Program-made: the position numbers and the translations under genes
IMG/VR virus record: IMGVR_UViG_2030936005_000022
Location: 1-64,000 of that record
DNA from: an uncultured virus (IMG/VR IMGVR_UViG_2030936005_000022)
Taxonomy: Duplodnaviria; Heunggongvirae; Uroviricota; Caudoviricetes
Length of the DNA stretch: 64,000 bases
Strand: one strand, 5' to 3'
Notes under the pieces: model-generated
What the model was told of the DNA's origin: nothing
Seen by the model: the letters and a program-made list of their open reading frames with translations, nothing else
Databases searched by the model: none
Shown here: positions 10,745 through 20,707 of the stretch, in pieces
Numbering within the stretch: position 1 is the first letter of the stretch
Layout: each line of letters opens with the position of its first letter

Positions 10745-12694
10745 ATGACAAGTATACAAACAATTAAAGGTGCTAATGGCGTTATTATTAGTAGTAATGC
10801 ATTTTTAGAAATGCCAAAAGCTCCAACAAAAGTAACACAAGATCCTATCCGTAAAGGTATGTTTCGATATAACTTAGCATGGAAAGCGTTCGAAGGTGTT
10901 ATAGATTTCGATGATGGTACTGTAGCTTATAGACGTTTTGCACAACTGGATTCAAATGGACGATTACTTACTTCACAACTACCAGATAACGTAACAAGTG
11001 GGATGGTTTATGCAGGTACTTATGATGCATATCAAGATGATATCGATCCTCCATTTACATATGCAGCACTACCAGCACCATCAACTACAATGAGTGGTAA
11101 TTATTACATCTCTCGTGGTATTATGGACCAAGCAACCAAACACTTGGCAGCTAACCCAACATCAAGTGCTTTTGTTATCTTTACACCAACTAATGCGATG
11201 GGTAACTGGACACAAATAAAATATTATGTTGGTAAAGATCCAAGTACTGGTACAAATACAATAGTAACTTATGCATTTGCACGTATCATCGTTGGTAGTA
11301 TTCCAACAACTGGTCACGCTGGCCTAATTGCATTAGCTAATGGTAACGCAGAACTAACCGCAGCTTTTACTAACGTAAACAACCCTTCAATTGAATTGGG
11401 TTTGTGTGATTCGGATTGGATTATTTTCTCCAATACTAGTGTTCAACGTTTACGTCAAAACCGTGTCAGTATTATGGCATCTTCTGTGTCATATGACAAT
11501 ACCATTATCGCTTCAGTTAAACGTCAGTTCGTTACTAGCAACAGTACAGCACAAGGTGTCATAGATAACCTCGCTATATACGGCCTACGACGCACAGGCG
11601 ACTCCATGACGAACGATGGGACTGCTGGTGCAGGTCGCCTAGGGGTAACGTATGGTACTGCCACAGCCCCTTCTATCGCGTTTAATGACGGTAACAGCGA
11701 TCCTGATTTGAATAGTGGTATGATTCCGAGTCAATGGACTGATACCAGTACTGGTATTTTCCGTCAAGCCGCTGGTAGTATAGGTTTTTCTAGTACAGGT
11801 GTTGAAAAGGTTCGTATTAATAGTATTGGTATGATTCTTTTACAGGCAGGTAACGTAAACGTTGCTACTAATCCTGCATTCCAATTCCAAGGTGCAGGTA
11901 ACACAGTAAACTCTGGTATTTCTGGAATAAACAACACCATCACATTTAGTGTAAATGGAAAGAATCAAGTTGAGATTAAAGATGCGTCATCATTATTCCA
12001 CGGTTCAGTTACAATCGATACTAATTTATTAGTGAGTGGTAATGCTACAGTAAATGGTAATGGTTCTATTTTAGGAAATACAATTTTAGGTGATGCATCT
12101 AGTGATACACTAACCGTAAATGCTACTAGTACATTCCAAGCTAATACCGTGTTCAATGGAACATCGAATAGATTCAAGAATATTAATATGATGCCTAGTG
12201 GTGTCTTTACATTTGAAGGTACTAACCCTACTGCCATTGTACAAGAAGCTACTAACTTAAGATTGAATATGTCTGCATTTTCTGATGTAACAATCAACGA
12301 TGGTTCAACTGTTCGTACTAAAGTAAACCGTTATGGTGTTAAACTTCCAGTACTAAATCCTATTGACAACGCAGTTGGTGAGGATGGTATGATTGCATAC
12401 AGTTCTCAACGTAATACCGTTATGCAAAAAGCAAATGGTCAATGGACCACCGTTTCAGGTGGTGGCGTTGAGCAAGCCTTTACTACTTCTTCATGGGTAT
12501 TGAGTGGTTCATTCTACACTTATACAATTACTGGTACAAATATTCAAAGTGTTGAAGTACAAGAACAAATAGGTTCAAACTTTAATATCGTTGAGGTTGA
12601 CAGTGTTGTAATTTCACCAACAAACGCAGTTCTTTCGATTCCATCTTCACCAGATGTTCGATTTGCTGGTCGAGCTATTATAACATATAGATAA
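10745..12694 (+). CDS. Tail fibre-like virion protein
   Basis: 649 aa; GMFRYN..FEG and DTSTGIF..AAGSIGF fibre motifs; TAAATA at 10707-10712. Confidence 0.65.
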   Translation: MTSIQTIKGANGVIISSNAFLEMPKAPTKVTQDPIRKGMFRYNLAWKAFEGVIDFDDGTVAYRRFAQLDSNGRLLTSQLPDNVTSGMVYAGTYDAYQDDIDPPFTYAALPAPSTTMSGNYYISRGIMDQATKHLAANPTSSAFVIFTPTNAMGNWTQIKYYVGKDPSTGTNTIVTYAFARIIVGSIPTTGHAGLIALANGNAELTAAFTNVNNPSIELGLCDSDWIIFSNTSVQRLRQNRVSIMASSVSYDNTIIASVKRQFVTSNSTAQGVIDNLAIYGLRRTGDSMTNDGTAGAGRLGVTYGTATAPSIAFNDGNSDPDLNSGMIPSQWTDTSTGIFRQAAGSIGFSSTGVEKVRINSIGMILLQAGNVNVATNPAFQFQGAGNTVNSGISGINNTITFSVNGKNQVEIKDASSLFHGSVTIDTNLLVSGNATVNGNGSILGNTILGDASSDTLTVNATSTFQANTVFNGTSNRFKNINMMPSGVFTFEGTNPTAIVQEATNLRLNMSAFSDVTINDGSTVRTKVNRYGVKLPVLNPIDNAVGEDGMIAYSSQRNTVMQKANGQWTTVSGGGVEQAFTTSSWVLSGSFYTYTITGTNIQSVEVQEQIGSNFNIVEVDSVVISPTNAVLSIPSSPDVRFAGRAIITYR

Positions 12695-12695
12695 T

Positions 12696-12727
12696 AAAAA
12701 AAGGAGCCTTTCGGCTCCTTTCTTTTT
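12696..12727. terminator. Bidirectional intrinsic terminator
   Basis: AAAAAAGGAGCC-TTTC-GGCTCCTTTCTTTTT between convergent genes. Confidence 0.85.
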
Positions 12728-13658
12728 AAATTGCCATTGGTGCTTTGATAGTTGCATCTGGATTATAATTTTCAAGTTTGAAAGAATCCATAGTAAAGCA
12801 GTCAATGTCGGTGATGGTTTTATCAATCCATAATGTAGGTAGTTCTTTTGGTTCACGCTGTAGTTGTTCTTTAACTGCGTCCAAATGGTTTGCATAAATG
12901 TGGCAATCACCACCAATCCAAATAAACTCACCAACCTCTAGACCACAAACTTGTGCTAGCATATGAGTTAGTAGAGAATAACTTGCAATGTTAAATGGTA
13001 CACCCAAGAATAAATCCGCACTGCGTTGATATAGAGTACAAGATAGCTTTCCATCAACTACAAAGAACTGAGAGAATGAGTGACATGGTGGTAGTGCCAT
13101 TTTATCCAAATCACCAACATTCCATGCGGATAGAATGTGACGGCGACCGTATGGATCATTCTGTAGACCATCGATTAGTACTGCAATTTGGTCAATAACA
13201 CGTTTCATTACATATAAACCACTAACAGTTTGCTCAACCATATTGTATCCTAGTTCAGTGTGTTTTACCACTTCACCATAGATAGAAGGTAGAATAACTA
13301 CATCTTCCCATTCACGCCATTGCTTGCCATATACTGGCCCTAGTTTACCATTATTGTATCCTAGTGCACGACCTTGATTTTCATAGTTGTCAGTCCAGAT
13401 TGTACGTTTAGCTTCATCACGAGTACCGTAAAGAATTTCACAAAGGCGGCGTTCATCTTGTGAACCTTCAAGGAACCATAGTAGTTCTGAAGACATTGCT
13501 TTCCACGCTAAACGTTTGGTAGTTGTTGCTGGAAAACCTTTTTGGAGATCAAAACGCATTTGTTGACCAATTAGTTTATAGGTTCCTGTGCCAGTACGGT
13601 CAGCACTGTATTTCCCTTCTTCAAGTACTTTCTTGTATAGTTCGTGTAATTGTTGCAT
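12726..13658 (-). CDS. thyA: Thymidylate synthase
   Basis: DRTGTGT, MALPPCH and YQRSADLFLGVPFNIASY motifs. Confidence 0.97.
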   Translation of the reverse strand: MQQLHELYKKVLEEGKYSADRTGTGTYKLIGQQMRFDLQKGFPATTTKRLAWKAMSSELLWFLEGSQDERRLCEILYGTRDEAKRTIWTDNYENQGRALGYNNGKLGPVYGKQWREWEDVVILPSIYGEVVKHTELGYNMVEQTVSGLYVMKRVIDQIAVLIDGLQNDPYGRRHILSAWNVGDLDKMALPPCHSFSQFFVVDGKLSCTLYQRSADLFLGVPFNIASYSLLTHMLAQVCGLEVGEFIWIGGDCHIYANHLDAVKEQLQREPKELPTLWIDKTITDIDCFTMDSFKLENYNPDATIKAPMAI

Positions 13659-13947
13659 TTTCTTTCCTTAGTTTATAAATCTCTTCCTTGAGACATTTGA
13701 TAGTATAATGACTATCTTCAAGTTGTTGTTTGAAATTGTACCGAATATCGGACATTTCAGCTTCCATTCTTTGGTTTTCTGCATCAGTACCATCAACTGT
13801 GCCTTTCTCGTAACCTTCTTCTAGGCCACGCTCGTAACCTTCTTTTTCTGCTGCTTCTGAACCGTCTTTATGACCATCAGCATATCCTTCATTGAATCCA
13901 TCGTGTTTACCAGATTCATATCCAGCATCCCAATTTTCATCTTGCAT
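13621..13947 (-). CDS. Hypothetical protein with GxxxG repeats and coiled-coil C-terminus
   Basis: Likely start ATG 13947 (RBS GAGGT); GYxxG repeats. Confidence 0.55.
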   Translation of the reverse strand: MQDENWDAGYESGKHDGFNEGYADGHKDGSEAAEKEGYERGLEEGYEKGTVDGTDAENQRMEAEMSDIRYNFKQQLEDSHYTIKCLKEEIYKLRKENATITRTIQEST

Positions 13948-13954
13948 AATTACC

Positions 13955-14545
13955 TCATTTGAAATAAGTACAGAAACTATCCATATCAATTTTGGTTGCA
14001 GACCTAGAACCAATACCTGTCCATCTACCATGTGGTTCAGGCACTTCCTTAACTTCTACGAAAGTTTTAGTACTGCAATCGTAAATGTAAGGTTTGTTAT
14101 CTAGTAGGTTGTAGATATAGATTTCTGGGTTTTCGCACGAGTCGATGTACATTTGAACAGCCCAAGCCGTTCCACCATCAACTTCATCAGGTGCAGTAAT
14201 TTTAGCTAATGCGTAGATTCTTTCTGATACTGCGATCTGGAAAGAGTTACGAGCTAAAAGGTTATAAACGTATGAGTTCTTTGGTGGAACTTTACGTCTT
14301 AGTTTTACATTTGCCATGCATAGTTTTGAGAATACTACATCATCTGATAGTATTTCGTTAGGTAGTTCCACAACTGTTGCTTCGTCTACGTGGTACTTGT
14401 GTCCTTTGAAGGAGAAGTGAATTTCTTCATGACCTTTCCAAGAAGCCCACAAACCAAAAAGGCGGTCAGCTCCCGCTGCACCGCCGCTATAACAAACGTT
14501 TTGGAACTCTAACAAACAGTTAGTGAGTTCGGTTATCGTCATCAT
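13955..14545 (-). CDS. SLOG-like Rossmannoid nucleotide-binding protein
   Basis: SGGAAGAD, LLARN and GGTAWAV motifs characteristic of SLOG (YspA/DprA-like) domains. Confidence 0.55.
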   Translation of the reverse strand: MMTITELTNCLLEFQNVCYSGGAAGADRLFGLWASWKGHEEIHFSFKGHKYHVDEATVVELPNEILSDDVVFSKLCMANVKLRRKVPPKNSYVYNLLARNSFQIAVSERIYALAKITAPDEVDGGTAWAVQMYIDSCENPEIYIYNLLDNKPYIYDCSTKTFVEVKEVPEPHGRWTGIGSRSATKIDMDSFCTYFK

Positions 14546-14837
14546 TTGAATCCAATTTGTTAAGTAAATCTTTAAGTTTATCATCTTCCAACGAGAAACT
14601 AGTTTCTAGTGCAGCTAGTAGAACAGCAGATACTTTAATAAGGGATTCTCTGAATTCTTCAAAAGAAACGTGTTTATCTGGTCGAGAGGCAGATTCAAAA
14701 AGATAGTATCCAGCAAGTGCTGTCCAATCATTTTTGGTCTTTAGAGTATCAGATAGAGTCGTTGGTGACTCTATCTGTCTTTGTCTCTCTTCGATAATCA
14801 AGTTAATGATATCTTCGCGAGTAATCTTATTTTTCAC
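14520..14837 (-). CDS. Hypothetical protein (MazG-like helical pattern possible)
   Basis: IIEERQRQ...ESLIKVSAVLLAALE pattern. Confidence 0.45.
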   Translation of the reverse strand: MKNKITREDIINLIIEERQRQIESPTTLSDTLKTKNDWTALAGYYLFESASRPDKHVSFEEFRESLIKVSAVLLAALETSFSLEDDKLKDLLNKLDSNDDDNRTH

Positions 14838-15471
14838 TACGTTCTTTTAGTGCTTTCTTTAGAATTTCGATTGCTTTAGTCTGAGAAGTACCATCAGGAA
14901 TGGTGATGGTTAGTGGCTGATTAGGATCAGCTTCAATCACTTGTACTTGAGGACGAAGTGAAGGTTCTAGGCTATAAGCACGTTCGAAAGTTTCTTTAGC
15001 TAGTTGTTCATACTGTGCTGCATCGGCAAGTAGTTTACCAACAATACCACCAGTTTCGGTGAATTGGGTTTCTGATTTATCCCAAGGGTTAAAATCTTTT
15101 ACTTTACCATCAGTATAAGTGGATTGTGCTACTAACTGATCATTTAGTACATCAAGTGCAATTTTAGCACCATTGCCGATGTGCATATCAATATCAGTAG
15201 TTTTTAGTTTACGTAGGTAACCTAGATTATGTAGAACGTCTAGCATTTTACGACCATCTAGTACTCCAACTTTGTCCATAACGTCCCATAGTTCTAGGGA
15301 TGCTTGACCGCGACCCATTACTAGGTCAACAACAAAGTTCGCATATTGTTCTGGTAGAGAATCTTGATAAATTACCAAGCAATCATTTACTGAATCAGGT
15401 AGTTGTCTCCAAACAATGAAAACACGTGAGCCAGTGGAACGGACAACACCGCAGTGACGAGTAACAGCCAT
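14827..15471 (-). CDS. Hypothetical protein
   Basis: ATG 15471 with RBS AGGGGA; coupled to its neighbours. Confidence 0.65.
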   Translation of the reverse strand: MAVTRHCGVVRSTGSRVFIVWRQLPDSVNDCLVIYQDSLPEQYANFVVDLVMGRGQASLELWDVMDKVGVLDGRKMLDVLHNLGYLRKLKTTDIDMHIGNGAKIALDVLNDQLVAQSTYTDGKVKDFNPWDKSETQFTETGGIVGKLLADAAQYEQLAKETFERAYSLEPSLRPQVQVIEADPNQPLTITIPDGTSQTKAIEILKKALKERSEK

Positions 15472-15472
15472 A

Positions 15473-15730
15473 TTATTCCCCTTTATTATCTGCGGCGGTA
15501 TCTTGTGCTTCAACTTCTTTGTCAGCAGCTTCAGCAGCTTCAACTTGAGCGTTATGCTGTTCGATTAGCTGGTTAGCAACTGTGATGAAACGAGCAACAA
15601 CAGGGGTTACTTCTACTAGGTCTTCTACGGAGAAAGCATTAGCTTTAACTGCTTGTTCCATGATTTTTGCAGCGTTGATGATATCAACGATATCAATGGA
15701 AATTCCGGTTGGTTGATTTTCAGTACTCAT
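15473..15730 (-). CDS. Hypothetical protein
   Basis: First gene after the GGGACA promoter; RBS GGAG. Confidence 0.65.
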   Translation of the reverse strand: MSTENQPTGISIDIVDIINAAKIMEQAVKANAFSVEDLVEVTPVVARFITVANQLIEQHNAQVEAAEAADKEVEAQDTAADNKGE

Positions 15731-15769
15731 AATTTTATACACTCCATGTATTATTTTGTCTTACAACTT

Positions 15770-15800
15770 ATTATATCACATTTTTCTTGCTTTGTCCCAA
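15770..15800 (-). promoter_or_regulatory. Conserved phage promoter, copy 1
   Basis: Minus strand TTGGGACA-AAGCAAGAAAAATGTGA-TATAAT (17-nt spacer). Confidence 0.8.
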
Positions 15801-15809
15801 GAAAAACGC

Positions 15810-15835
15810 AAAAGGCACAATCAATGTGCCTTTTA
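15810..15835 (-). terminator. Intrinsic terminator
   Basis: AAAAGGCACA-ATCAA-TGTGCCTTTT. Confidence 0.75.
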
Positions 15836-15843
15836 TTTACTTC

Positions 15844-17271
15844 TTAACGAGTTTTAGCTTTTTCGGCTTCCCACTCGTAGTGTACAGTTTCACCAAATGG
15901 TGCTTCTTTCTTAGGGTTAGAGTGAATCACAAAAAGAGTTTTGCAATAATCAGGGTCACCCCAAGAGTTCCAAGGTTCACCATCAGTAAACATGATTAGC
16001 TGTTTAGGCTTATAATCATCTTGCTTCATGTGTTCCCAAACTGCTTGGAAATCAGTACCACCACCACCATGAATTGGGTATTCTAGAATCTTCTTCTCGT
16101 CACCAGTTTTATAGTCTTTTACGGTGTATACTGCTGTATCAAATGTCATGATACGGATTTTGAATTGTTTGAATTGCTTAGTGATACCTAGTACTTCACC
16201 AATGAAGTCTTTTAGCATTTCAGTACTAATAGACCCAGAGGCATCTAGTGCAATTGCAATATCAATATCTTCGTCAGGCTTTAGGCCGGGGAAGATAGGA
16301 CAACCATAGAACGAACCCGATGTACCGAAACCAGTACTCCAAGAACGGCGGCTAGGTGTCATAAAGGATGCATCACTCTTCATCCACGACCGTAGTGTAC
16401 GAGCTAGTTTAGCTCTCCAGTCGATTTTAGGCTCTTGGAAGTCTTTAATCATACGCTGAATCTCAGCAGGTGCATTACCAGCACGTGCAGCATTCATCAT
16501 TGCGGTTTTAAAGTCTTCCATATATTCTTTGCGTTTGTCGCCGTCGATTGGATTACCTTCAGCATCTTTTGCTTTCCCCTCGTCAGGGATATCATGCTGG
16601 TCTACAGTACCCCCGCCGCCAAATGTACCACGGAACTTGCCTTGACCTTTGCCGCTTCCACCTTGGCCTTGTCCATCACCTTCACCGTCGCCATCACCTT
16701 CCCCATCGCCTTCGCCTTGGTTCTGCTGTGCTTCTTCTAGGATGATAGTGTAAATTTCTTCAGCCGTTTTACCATCATATTTTTTGTCAAATAGCCAAGT
16801 ATCTTGGATTTGACCAATTTTTTCACGGACTAGAATCTGGTTAATTGCGTAGTCTGCTGCTACGTTCCATGCTTTAGGATCACGGTTACCACGGCGTAGG
16901 AAGTGGTCATAAGCACAGTGTAGGATTTCATGGCAAATTACAGCAATTAGGTTCTGGTCCGATAGACCATTCATTGAACTCGCTACTTGCTCATCCGTGA
17001 TATCTGGAATTGCATCGCGAAGTTTCTTTTCGTACTCAGCACGTTTGGATTCATCCTGTAGACCCATAACGAATTCTACGTTATAGAACAAGTGACGACC
17101 ATCAACTGCCATTGTACGACACCAAGTATTATTCGGTACTGGACGTAGACGTGAAGCTAGTACACCAAAGAATGGATTACCAAGCATCAAAGAAGTACGA
17201 GCAAGAATCATACGGTTGATACATTCTTTTAGTACTTCAGGAGCTACATCAAGATTATTAGTAGTGGACAT
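15844..17271 (-). CDS. VWA-domain protein with HEXXH metallopeptidase-like domain (DUF2201-like)
   Basis: HEILH motif, MIDAS DASGS, GGGGTDF, FTDG. Confidence 0.85.
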   Translation of the reverse strand: MSTTNNLDVAPEVLKECINRMILARTSLMLGNPFFGVLASRLRPVPNNTWCRTMAVDGRHLFYNVEFVMGLQDESKRAEYEKKLRDAIPDITDEQVASSMNGLSDQNLIAVICHEILHCAYDHFLRRGNRDPKAWNVAADYAINQILVREKIGQIQDTWLFDKKYDGKTAEEIYTIILEEAQQNQGEGDGEGDGDGEGDGQGQGGSGKGQGKFRGTFGGGGTVDQHDIPDEGKAKDAEGNPIDGDKRKEYMEDFKTAMMNAARAGNAPAEIQRMIKDFQEPKIDWRAKLARTLRSWMKSDASFMTPSRRSWSTGFGTSGSFYGCPIFPGLKPDEDIDIAIALDASGSISTEMLKDFIGEVLGITKQFKQFKIRIMTFDTAVYTVKDYKTGDEKKILEYPIHGGGGTDFQAVWEHMKQDDYKPKQLIMFTDGEPWNSWGDPDYCKTLFVIHSNPKKEAPFGETVHYEWEAEKAKTR

Positions 17272-17294
17272 ATCAAAATTCCTCTTGTTGGATT

Positions 17295-17320
17295 AAAAGA
17301 GGATGGCAACTGCCATCCTC
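17295..17320 (-). terminator. Hairpin/terminator between the AAA and VWA genes
   Basis: Minus strand GAGGATGGC-AGTT-GCCATCCTC-TTTT. Confidence 0.6.
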
Positions 17321-17327
17321 ATACTTC

Positions 17328-18656
17328 TTAGTTTAGAGTACGTGCACGACGTACTAGGTCTTGGTAGCGTTTTACGAACTCTTGGAACGCTGGTACTTCT
17401 TTGTAAGATAGTTGAACACGTGCTTGGGTTAGTGTACGGATTGCTAGTACAGCTAGTTCAGCAGAGTATTCAGAGAAGTTCTTCTCTAGGAAGATGATGA
17501 AGTTGTTCGCTAGGCGAGACCACTCTTCAACTTCGATTTTCTTCTCTTGTTTTTGCTCGTACAAATCAATGATTTTGTACACTAGGTTTAGGGAGATGAA
17601 GTAGTTAGAAGAAATATCTAGCCCTTCTGGTAGTACTTTAATCTCACCGTTTAGGATTTTCATGGTATCTGGTAGTTTAGATACGTTTTCCACATACTCG
17701 ATGTAGGAGATAGCAACACCTTCACCAACACGCCCTGCAATCATAGCACGATATACAGCTTTGTCAATGGAACCATCGTTGCAATCTTCGAAGTCTGCTA
17801 CACGTTCCCAAGAGCGTGGAGAAGTACCACCAGAGTGAGATGGATCAGTTGGGCTTAGGGTGTTGAAGTTCTTGCTACCAGTGTTGCTGATAAACGCTAC
17901 AGTTGCTGCGTTTAGGCGGTTTGGAATTGCGTAATCGTCAATCCAATCCTGATGGTTAGGTTCCATCTCAATGTGAGTCATACGGTCACGTAGTGGAGTT
18001 GCTAGGGTAAAGGTTACACCACCATCGTTCTCACGGTTACCCGCTGCTAGGATTAGACAGGTCTTAGGTAGCTTCATTTCCCCAACACAGCGGTCTAGGA
18101 TTAGCTGGTAAGATGCTGCCTGTACAATTGGCATTGCGGAGTTGATTTCATCAAATAGAATCACACCTTTCCAATCAGCAGATAGTTTTAGTACTTTTGG
18201 TGCAGCCCACACAACCGCAGTTTCAGCGATGTAATCTTGTACATCTTTTAGCTGAGATTCGATTAGGTTCACACCGTCCATGCCAACAAACACTTTCTCT
18301 GGTACTGGAATACCACGTAGGTCAGTTGGGTCAATCTGAGATAGACGGAAGTCGATGAAGTTACTATCTTGGTCGATTAGTTTAGCATCGAATGCACGTA
18401 GTTCACGCTCGAACTGTGCTTTTTGTGCAGCATCAGTTTCTTGCTCAATTTGAGCTTTCATGAACTCTAGTTTAGCTAGATTGTCTTTACGTAGTGGATA
18501 GTTTTCATCTGCATATTGACGAGCAATTGCGGATTTACCAATACCGGGTGCACCCCAAATCATTAGACTATCTGTAGTTTTATCAGCAAGTGCCATTGCT
18601 TTCTTGGTTTGCTTAGGAGATAGGGTAATGTTTAGGATATCGTTAGTTTTGCTCAT
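17328..18656 (-). CDS. MoxR-like AAA+ ATPase
   Basis: Walker A GAPGIGKS, Walker B ILFDEIN, AAGNR, SPRSW. Confidence 0.9.
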   Translation of the reverse strand: MSKTNDILNITLSPKQTKKAMALADKTTDSLMIWGAPGIGKSAIARQYADENYPLRKDNLAKLEFMKAQIEQETDAAQKAQFERELRAFDAKLIDQDSNFIDFRLSQIDPTDLRGIPVPEKVFVGMDGVNLIESQLKDVQDYIAETAVVWAAPKVLKLSADWKGVILFDEINSAMPIVQAASYQLILDRCVGEMKLPKTCLILAAGNRENDGGVTFTLATPLRDRMTHIEMEPNHQDWIDDYAIPNRLNAATVAFISNTGSKNFNTLSPTDPSHSGGTSPRSWERVADFEDCNDGSIDKAVYRAMIAGRVGEGVAISYIEYVENVSKLPDTMKILNGEIKVLPEGLDISSNYFISLNLVYKIIDLYEQKQEKKIEVEEWSRLANNFIIFLEKNFSEYSAELAVLAIRTLTQARVQLSYKEVPAFQEFVKRYQDLVRRARTLN

Positions 18657-18802
18657 ATGTTATTTCCTCATTTGGATTATAAAAAAGTACTTCATCGTTT
18701 AAGTTACGTTTGACGCTTATCCATAAGCAAAAGAGAAGGCACTGCGTTACTCATAACTTAGTGCCTTGTTAGTATTCCGTACTGTTCTCTTAATATGCGT
18801 TT

Positions 18803-18833
18803 ATTATATCACATAATGTTTCGTTTGTCCCAA
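18803..18833 (-). promoter_or_regulatory. Conserved phage promoter, copy 2
   Basis: Minus strand TTGGGACA-AACGAAACATTATGTGA-TATAAT. Confidence 0.8.
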
Positions 18834-18849
18834 GATTTTTTAAATCTTT

Positions 18850-19224
18850 TTACATGTAAACCGCAAAGAGTTTTTGAAAGTCGTCGCAGCAGAATGTTAA
18901 CTGCGTTACAACCATCATGTCCGAGATGTATATGTCATAACCATTGACATAATACGGACTAGTGCAAATGCGATCCATTGATGTATACACAACCGAATTT
19001 CTATCTTCCCGTTTTAAAGGGACTTTCACAAATTCGTACAGTTCCTTACCGTTACAGATATCAAACCCGAATTTGCTTAATCTTAGACCGCCACCAGTCC
19101 TGAAGTTCTCAAAAATTGACATAAGGAGCATTCGATCAGTAATTTCAGCTTCGCTTTCATATACATCTCTTACCTTCTCCAGTACTTCATTTTGATATTC
19201 AGTGCTGTTGGTCTTTGGGATCAT
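18850..19224 (-). CDS. Conserved-looking hypothetical protein
   Basis: 124 aa; GGLRLSKFGF..MDRICTSPYY pattern. Confidence 0.6.
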   Translation of the reverse strand: MIPKTNSTEYQNEVLEKVRDVYESEAEITDRMLLMSIFENFRTGGGLRLSKFGFDICNGKELYEFVKVPLKREDRNSVVYTSMDRICTSPYYVNGYDIYISDMMVVTQLTFCCDDFQKLFAVYM

Positions 19225-19225
19225 T

Positions 19226-19654
19226 TTAAATCCCTACAAAACCATGTCTAGCTGCATATGACTGACCTTTGGGGTTATCATAGTTCTGCTTTCCATCTTT
19301 ATCAATTTTCGGACCCATACCCTGAGTGCCATATTCGTCACCCGGAATGTTCGGGAACGGGCTATCTTCTTCGACAACTTCTTCATCGCCTAGTTGATGT
19401 TCATCAGTATACTCGTCTTCGTGTAGAATGTCACGCACTTTTTTCAATTTATCTAAAAATTTATCGTAGTCTTCAACTTCTTCACCAGCCATCGAATCGA
19501 TGCAGTGGCGTAGACAACCTACGATATCTTTTAAAAGTTCTTGTGGGGAAAGGGATTCTTCCCCTTCCACCTCAACTTCTTCTTCGGACTCTACTTCTTC
19601 ATTATCTAATATTTCGTCGATACTTTCAAGTAGTTCTCTGTAATTATTTGTCAC
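19226..19654 (-). CDS. Acidic hypothetical (head-associated?) protein
   Basis: Likely GTG start at 19654 after RBS GGAGG. Confidence 0.55.
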   Translation of the reverse strand: MTNNYRELLESIDEILDNEEVESEEEVEVEGEESLSPQELLKDIVGCLRHCIDSMAGEEVEDYDKFLDKLKKVRDILHEDEYTDEHQLGDEEVVEEDSPFPNIPGDEYGTQGMGPKIDKDGKQNYDNPKGQSYAARHGFVGI

Positions 19655-20690
19655 TGAGACCTCCAAGGAAGCGTTCGTACTTAGCTGCAATGCTTTCGTA
19701 GATATCTTCAGCGGTTTCTTCATCTTCTGGGTCGTCGTTATCAGCATCAACTTCTTCTGATTCACGAACGTTGTTTAGAAGTGGGTTATCACCTAGAGCA
19801 GTTCGCTTGTGACGATAGTTATGGCGAGAGTTCTCAATGCCATCATTATCGAATGCATGTGGATCTGGCTCATTTTGTAGTTCTTCTTGCATTGTACGCT
19901 TCCAGTAGTACTGGTTTCCTGAAGGAACAACAATGAAGTGATCTCCTTCAACGCCGTTAGTACGCTGGGATGCATCTTGCACTGCGTCACGTTCAGTAGC
20001 GAATGGACCAAATTTGTTACCTTCAACAGATTGGTTATTATCTTCTTCTAATGATAGATCAGGTAGAATCTGAGCACTTTCACCTAGTTCTGAAGCAGCA
20101 GCTTCTTCTTCGGCATCATCAAGATCTGTATCTTCTTTAGCTTCAGCATTAACAAAATCTTCAGCAGCAGAATCATCTTCAAGTACTAGAGATTCACCGA
20201 TACCAGCAAGTTCAGACATACGACCCATGTCAAACATATCGTCGCCGTCATCGTCAAGTTCCATGCTCACGTCATCAAAACCGACTTCATCACCTAATTC
20301 TACTTCATCTTCAAACTCTGAGGATGATTCTACGCTAGGTTGTCCCGTCATGTCAAGCGACATTTCACTTTCTTCATCATCTGCACCGAAATCAGATACA
20401 GTACCAGCAAGATCATCAATCGCTGCACTTAGATCACCAGCACCATCAGCCGGGGAAGCAGGTGACATTGCATCTTCAGGATTCATAATAGGCTGAGTCT
20501 CTTCACCACCAATACTATCAAAGTCCATTGGTTTAAGTGGAGCAAGACCACCACCCATACCACCAACTGAACCAGTATTGGTTTCTGCTTGCCCTGCTAA
20601 GGCAAGCATACGTGATAGAGTTTCGAAATCTTCTGATTCTAGTCCGTTAACATCAAGTTTAATTGATGCTTCATTAATTTTTTTAGTCAT
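19644..20690 (-). CDS. Highly acidic protein, possible prohead core/internal protein
   Basis: 348 aa, D/E-rich, repeated (I/L)xE motifs; morphogenesis context. Confidence 0.5.
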   Translation of the reverse strand: MTKKINEASIKLDVNGLESEDFETLSRMLALAGQAETNTGSVGGMGGGLAPLKPMDFDSIGGEETQPIMNPEDAMSPASPADGAGDLSAAIDDLAGTVSDFGADDEESEMSLDMTGQPSVESSSEFEDEVELGDEVGFDDVSMELDDDGDDMFDMGRMSELAGIGESLVLEDDSAAEDFVNAEAKEDTDLDDAEEEAAASELGESAQILPDLSLEEDNNQSVEGNKFGPFATERDAVQDASQRTNGVEGDHFIVVPSGNQYYWKRTMQEELQNEPDPHAFDNDGIENSRHNYRHKRTALGDNPLLNNVRESEEVDADNDDPEDEETAEDIYESIAAKYERFLGGLSDK

Positions 20691-20707
20691 TTTTTTAATC
20701 CTTGTGA

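Noticed and set aside
12726..13658. Possible intron or intein in thymidylate synthase (as in T4 td)
   Set aside because: The ORF is continuous, with only a short in-frame loop insertion and no splicing hallmarks.
16660..16720. GC-rich short repeats in the VWA gene (and QPQG repeats near 21790-21890)
   Set aside because: They encode ordinary low-complexity linkers (GEGDG, QPQG).
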